Below, piece after piece: positions 63,820 to 64,000 of a stretch of DNA of 64,000 nucleotides. Numbering within the stretch: the first letter of the stretch is position 1; each line of letters begins with the position of its first letter. Under the pieces are notes generated by a model. That model had not been told where the DNA came from and did no database searches. It saw only the letters and a program-made list of their open reading frames with translations. The position numbers were made by a program, and so were the translations under genes. Origin of the DNA: Bugula neritina (taxonomy: Eukaryota; Animalia; Bryozoa); contig OZ037767.1 of NCBI GenBank assembly GCA_964035545.1, positions 17,419,781-17,483,780 of the forward strand, given 5' to 3'.

Positions 63820-64000
63820 CTACAAAAGTAGCAGACGACATGACATCATCCCCTTATCAGCATAGTACAAACACAATAACATTTACTATGTTTGAAGAGG
63901 ATGGTAACTTTACTATAAATAGTATATAAATATGTGGGCGTCAAATGCAGAGAAAATTTAATAAATAGCAAGGACAATACAAAACTGAAGGGTCAAATTT

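Overview
This is AT-rich eukaryotic genomic DNA from an invertebrate animal, probably a lophotrochozoan; the taxon is an impression only. It holds spliced genes, which I assembled by hand from GT/AG signals and protein homology recalled from memory. In order: MRPS5 (-, 3' end outside the window), an uncharacterised gene (-), SLC25A29-like mitochondrial carrier (+), radial spoke head RSPH4A/6A (-), an acetyl-CoA hydrolase/CoA-transferase (+), a myosuppressin-receptor/dmsr-1-like GPCR (+), two tandem Reeler + chitin-binding paralogues (-), and PPP4R4 (-, first exon outside the window). The most striking structure is the roughly 25 unrelated minisatellites. Most lie inside introns, start at a splice junction, and carry direct or inverted copies of that junction (exon end plus donor, acceptor plus exon start, or branch point). 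The long intergenic stretches are almost free of arrays. In MRPS5, collapsing the array to one copy restores an uninterrupted reading frame, so this intron looks newly created by tandem amplification of an exonic AG|GT. Other highlights: two large phase-2 candidate alternative first exons inside a PPP4R4 intron, a Reeler / Tyr-Pro-Thr repeat / chitin-binding protein with an X-box promoter, and a gene whose seven introns are all phase 1. Most long ORFs in the supplied track are artefacts of the repeats.
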